From the NCBI GenBank assembly GCA_964617125.1, contig CAZTVS010000108.1, positions 1 to 16,274 of the forward strand: 16,274 nucleotides of DNA, in the 5' to 3' direction. Positions 16,201-16,274 of this stretch are shown piece by piece. The notes under the pieces are model-generated. The model made no database searches and was not told the DNA's origin. It saw nothing but the letters and a program-made list of their open reading frames with translations. This DNA comes from an uncultured Acidobacteriota bacterium (GTDB lineage: Bacteria; Acidobacteriota; UBA6911; CAINFC01). The translations under genes were made by a program, and so were the position numbers. Numbering within the stretch: the first letter of the stretch is position 1; each line of letters starts with the position of its first letter.

Positions 16201-16274
16201 CATGAACCAAGGCAGTGTTTTTAGAATTTGCGAGAGCATCATGGCCTTACTTTTTCCTTGTCTTCACTCATGAT

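Noticed and set aside
15880-16242. ORFs 15880-16164 (+) and 15973-16242 (-) ending in LRQAQGERTFMP and containing FALSLSKGKK
   Set aside because: They are translations of the palindromic repeat element at 16126-16200. Such strings are the classic signature of a repeat read in two frames, not proteins.
1-16274. CRISPR arrays, tRNA or rRNA genes, IS elements or integrases
   Set aside because: No short direct-repeat/spacer periodicity is present outside the intragenic 222-bp array, which is in-frame coding. The intergenic regions are short and show no cloverleaf-sized structured segments. No transposase or recombinase-like ORFs were found.

Overview
This is a high-GC bacterial window; codon usage and lipoprotein signals suggest a Deltaproteobacteria/Desulfobacterota-like genome. 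It holds eleven supported CDSs in four transcription units and no rRNA, tRNA or CRISPR. From the 3' end towards the 5' end on the minus strand, the first unit is a TPR lipoprotein and a family-5 solute-binding lipoprotein joined by an ATGA overlap, followed by pyruvate kinase. The second unit is a plus-strand operon from 5295 to 11236. It encodes a bifunctional APH-like/P-loop (AAA_33-like) kinase, an 85-aa two-helix membrane protein (DUF4212-like), a 1085-aa fusion of sodium:solute-symporter, GAF and PP2C phosphatase domains, a STAS anti-sigma antagonist and an RsbW-like serine kinase. That is a complete partner-switching module with no sigma factor next to it. The third unit, on the minus strand, is an 840-aa flotillin/SPFH protein followed by a secreted protein with two DUF2059-like domains. 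The flotillin carries five exact-length 74-aa (222-bp) tandem repeats inserted at its N-terminus, plus partial copies at each end. The fourth is a TatD-family hydrolase. The right edge holds a 24-bp-arm palindromic repeat element whose six-frame translations give the LRQAQGER / SLSKGK spurious peptides. Most worth follow-up are the transporter-domain PP2C partner switch with its coupled small subunit and extra kinase, and the repeat-expanded flotillin.
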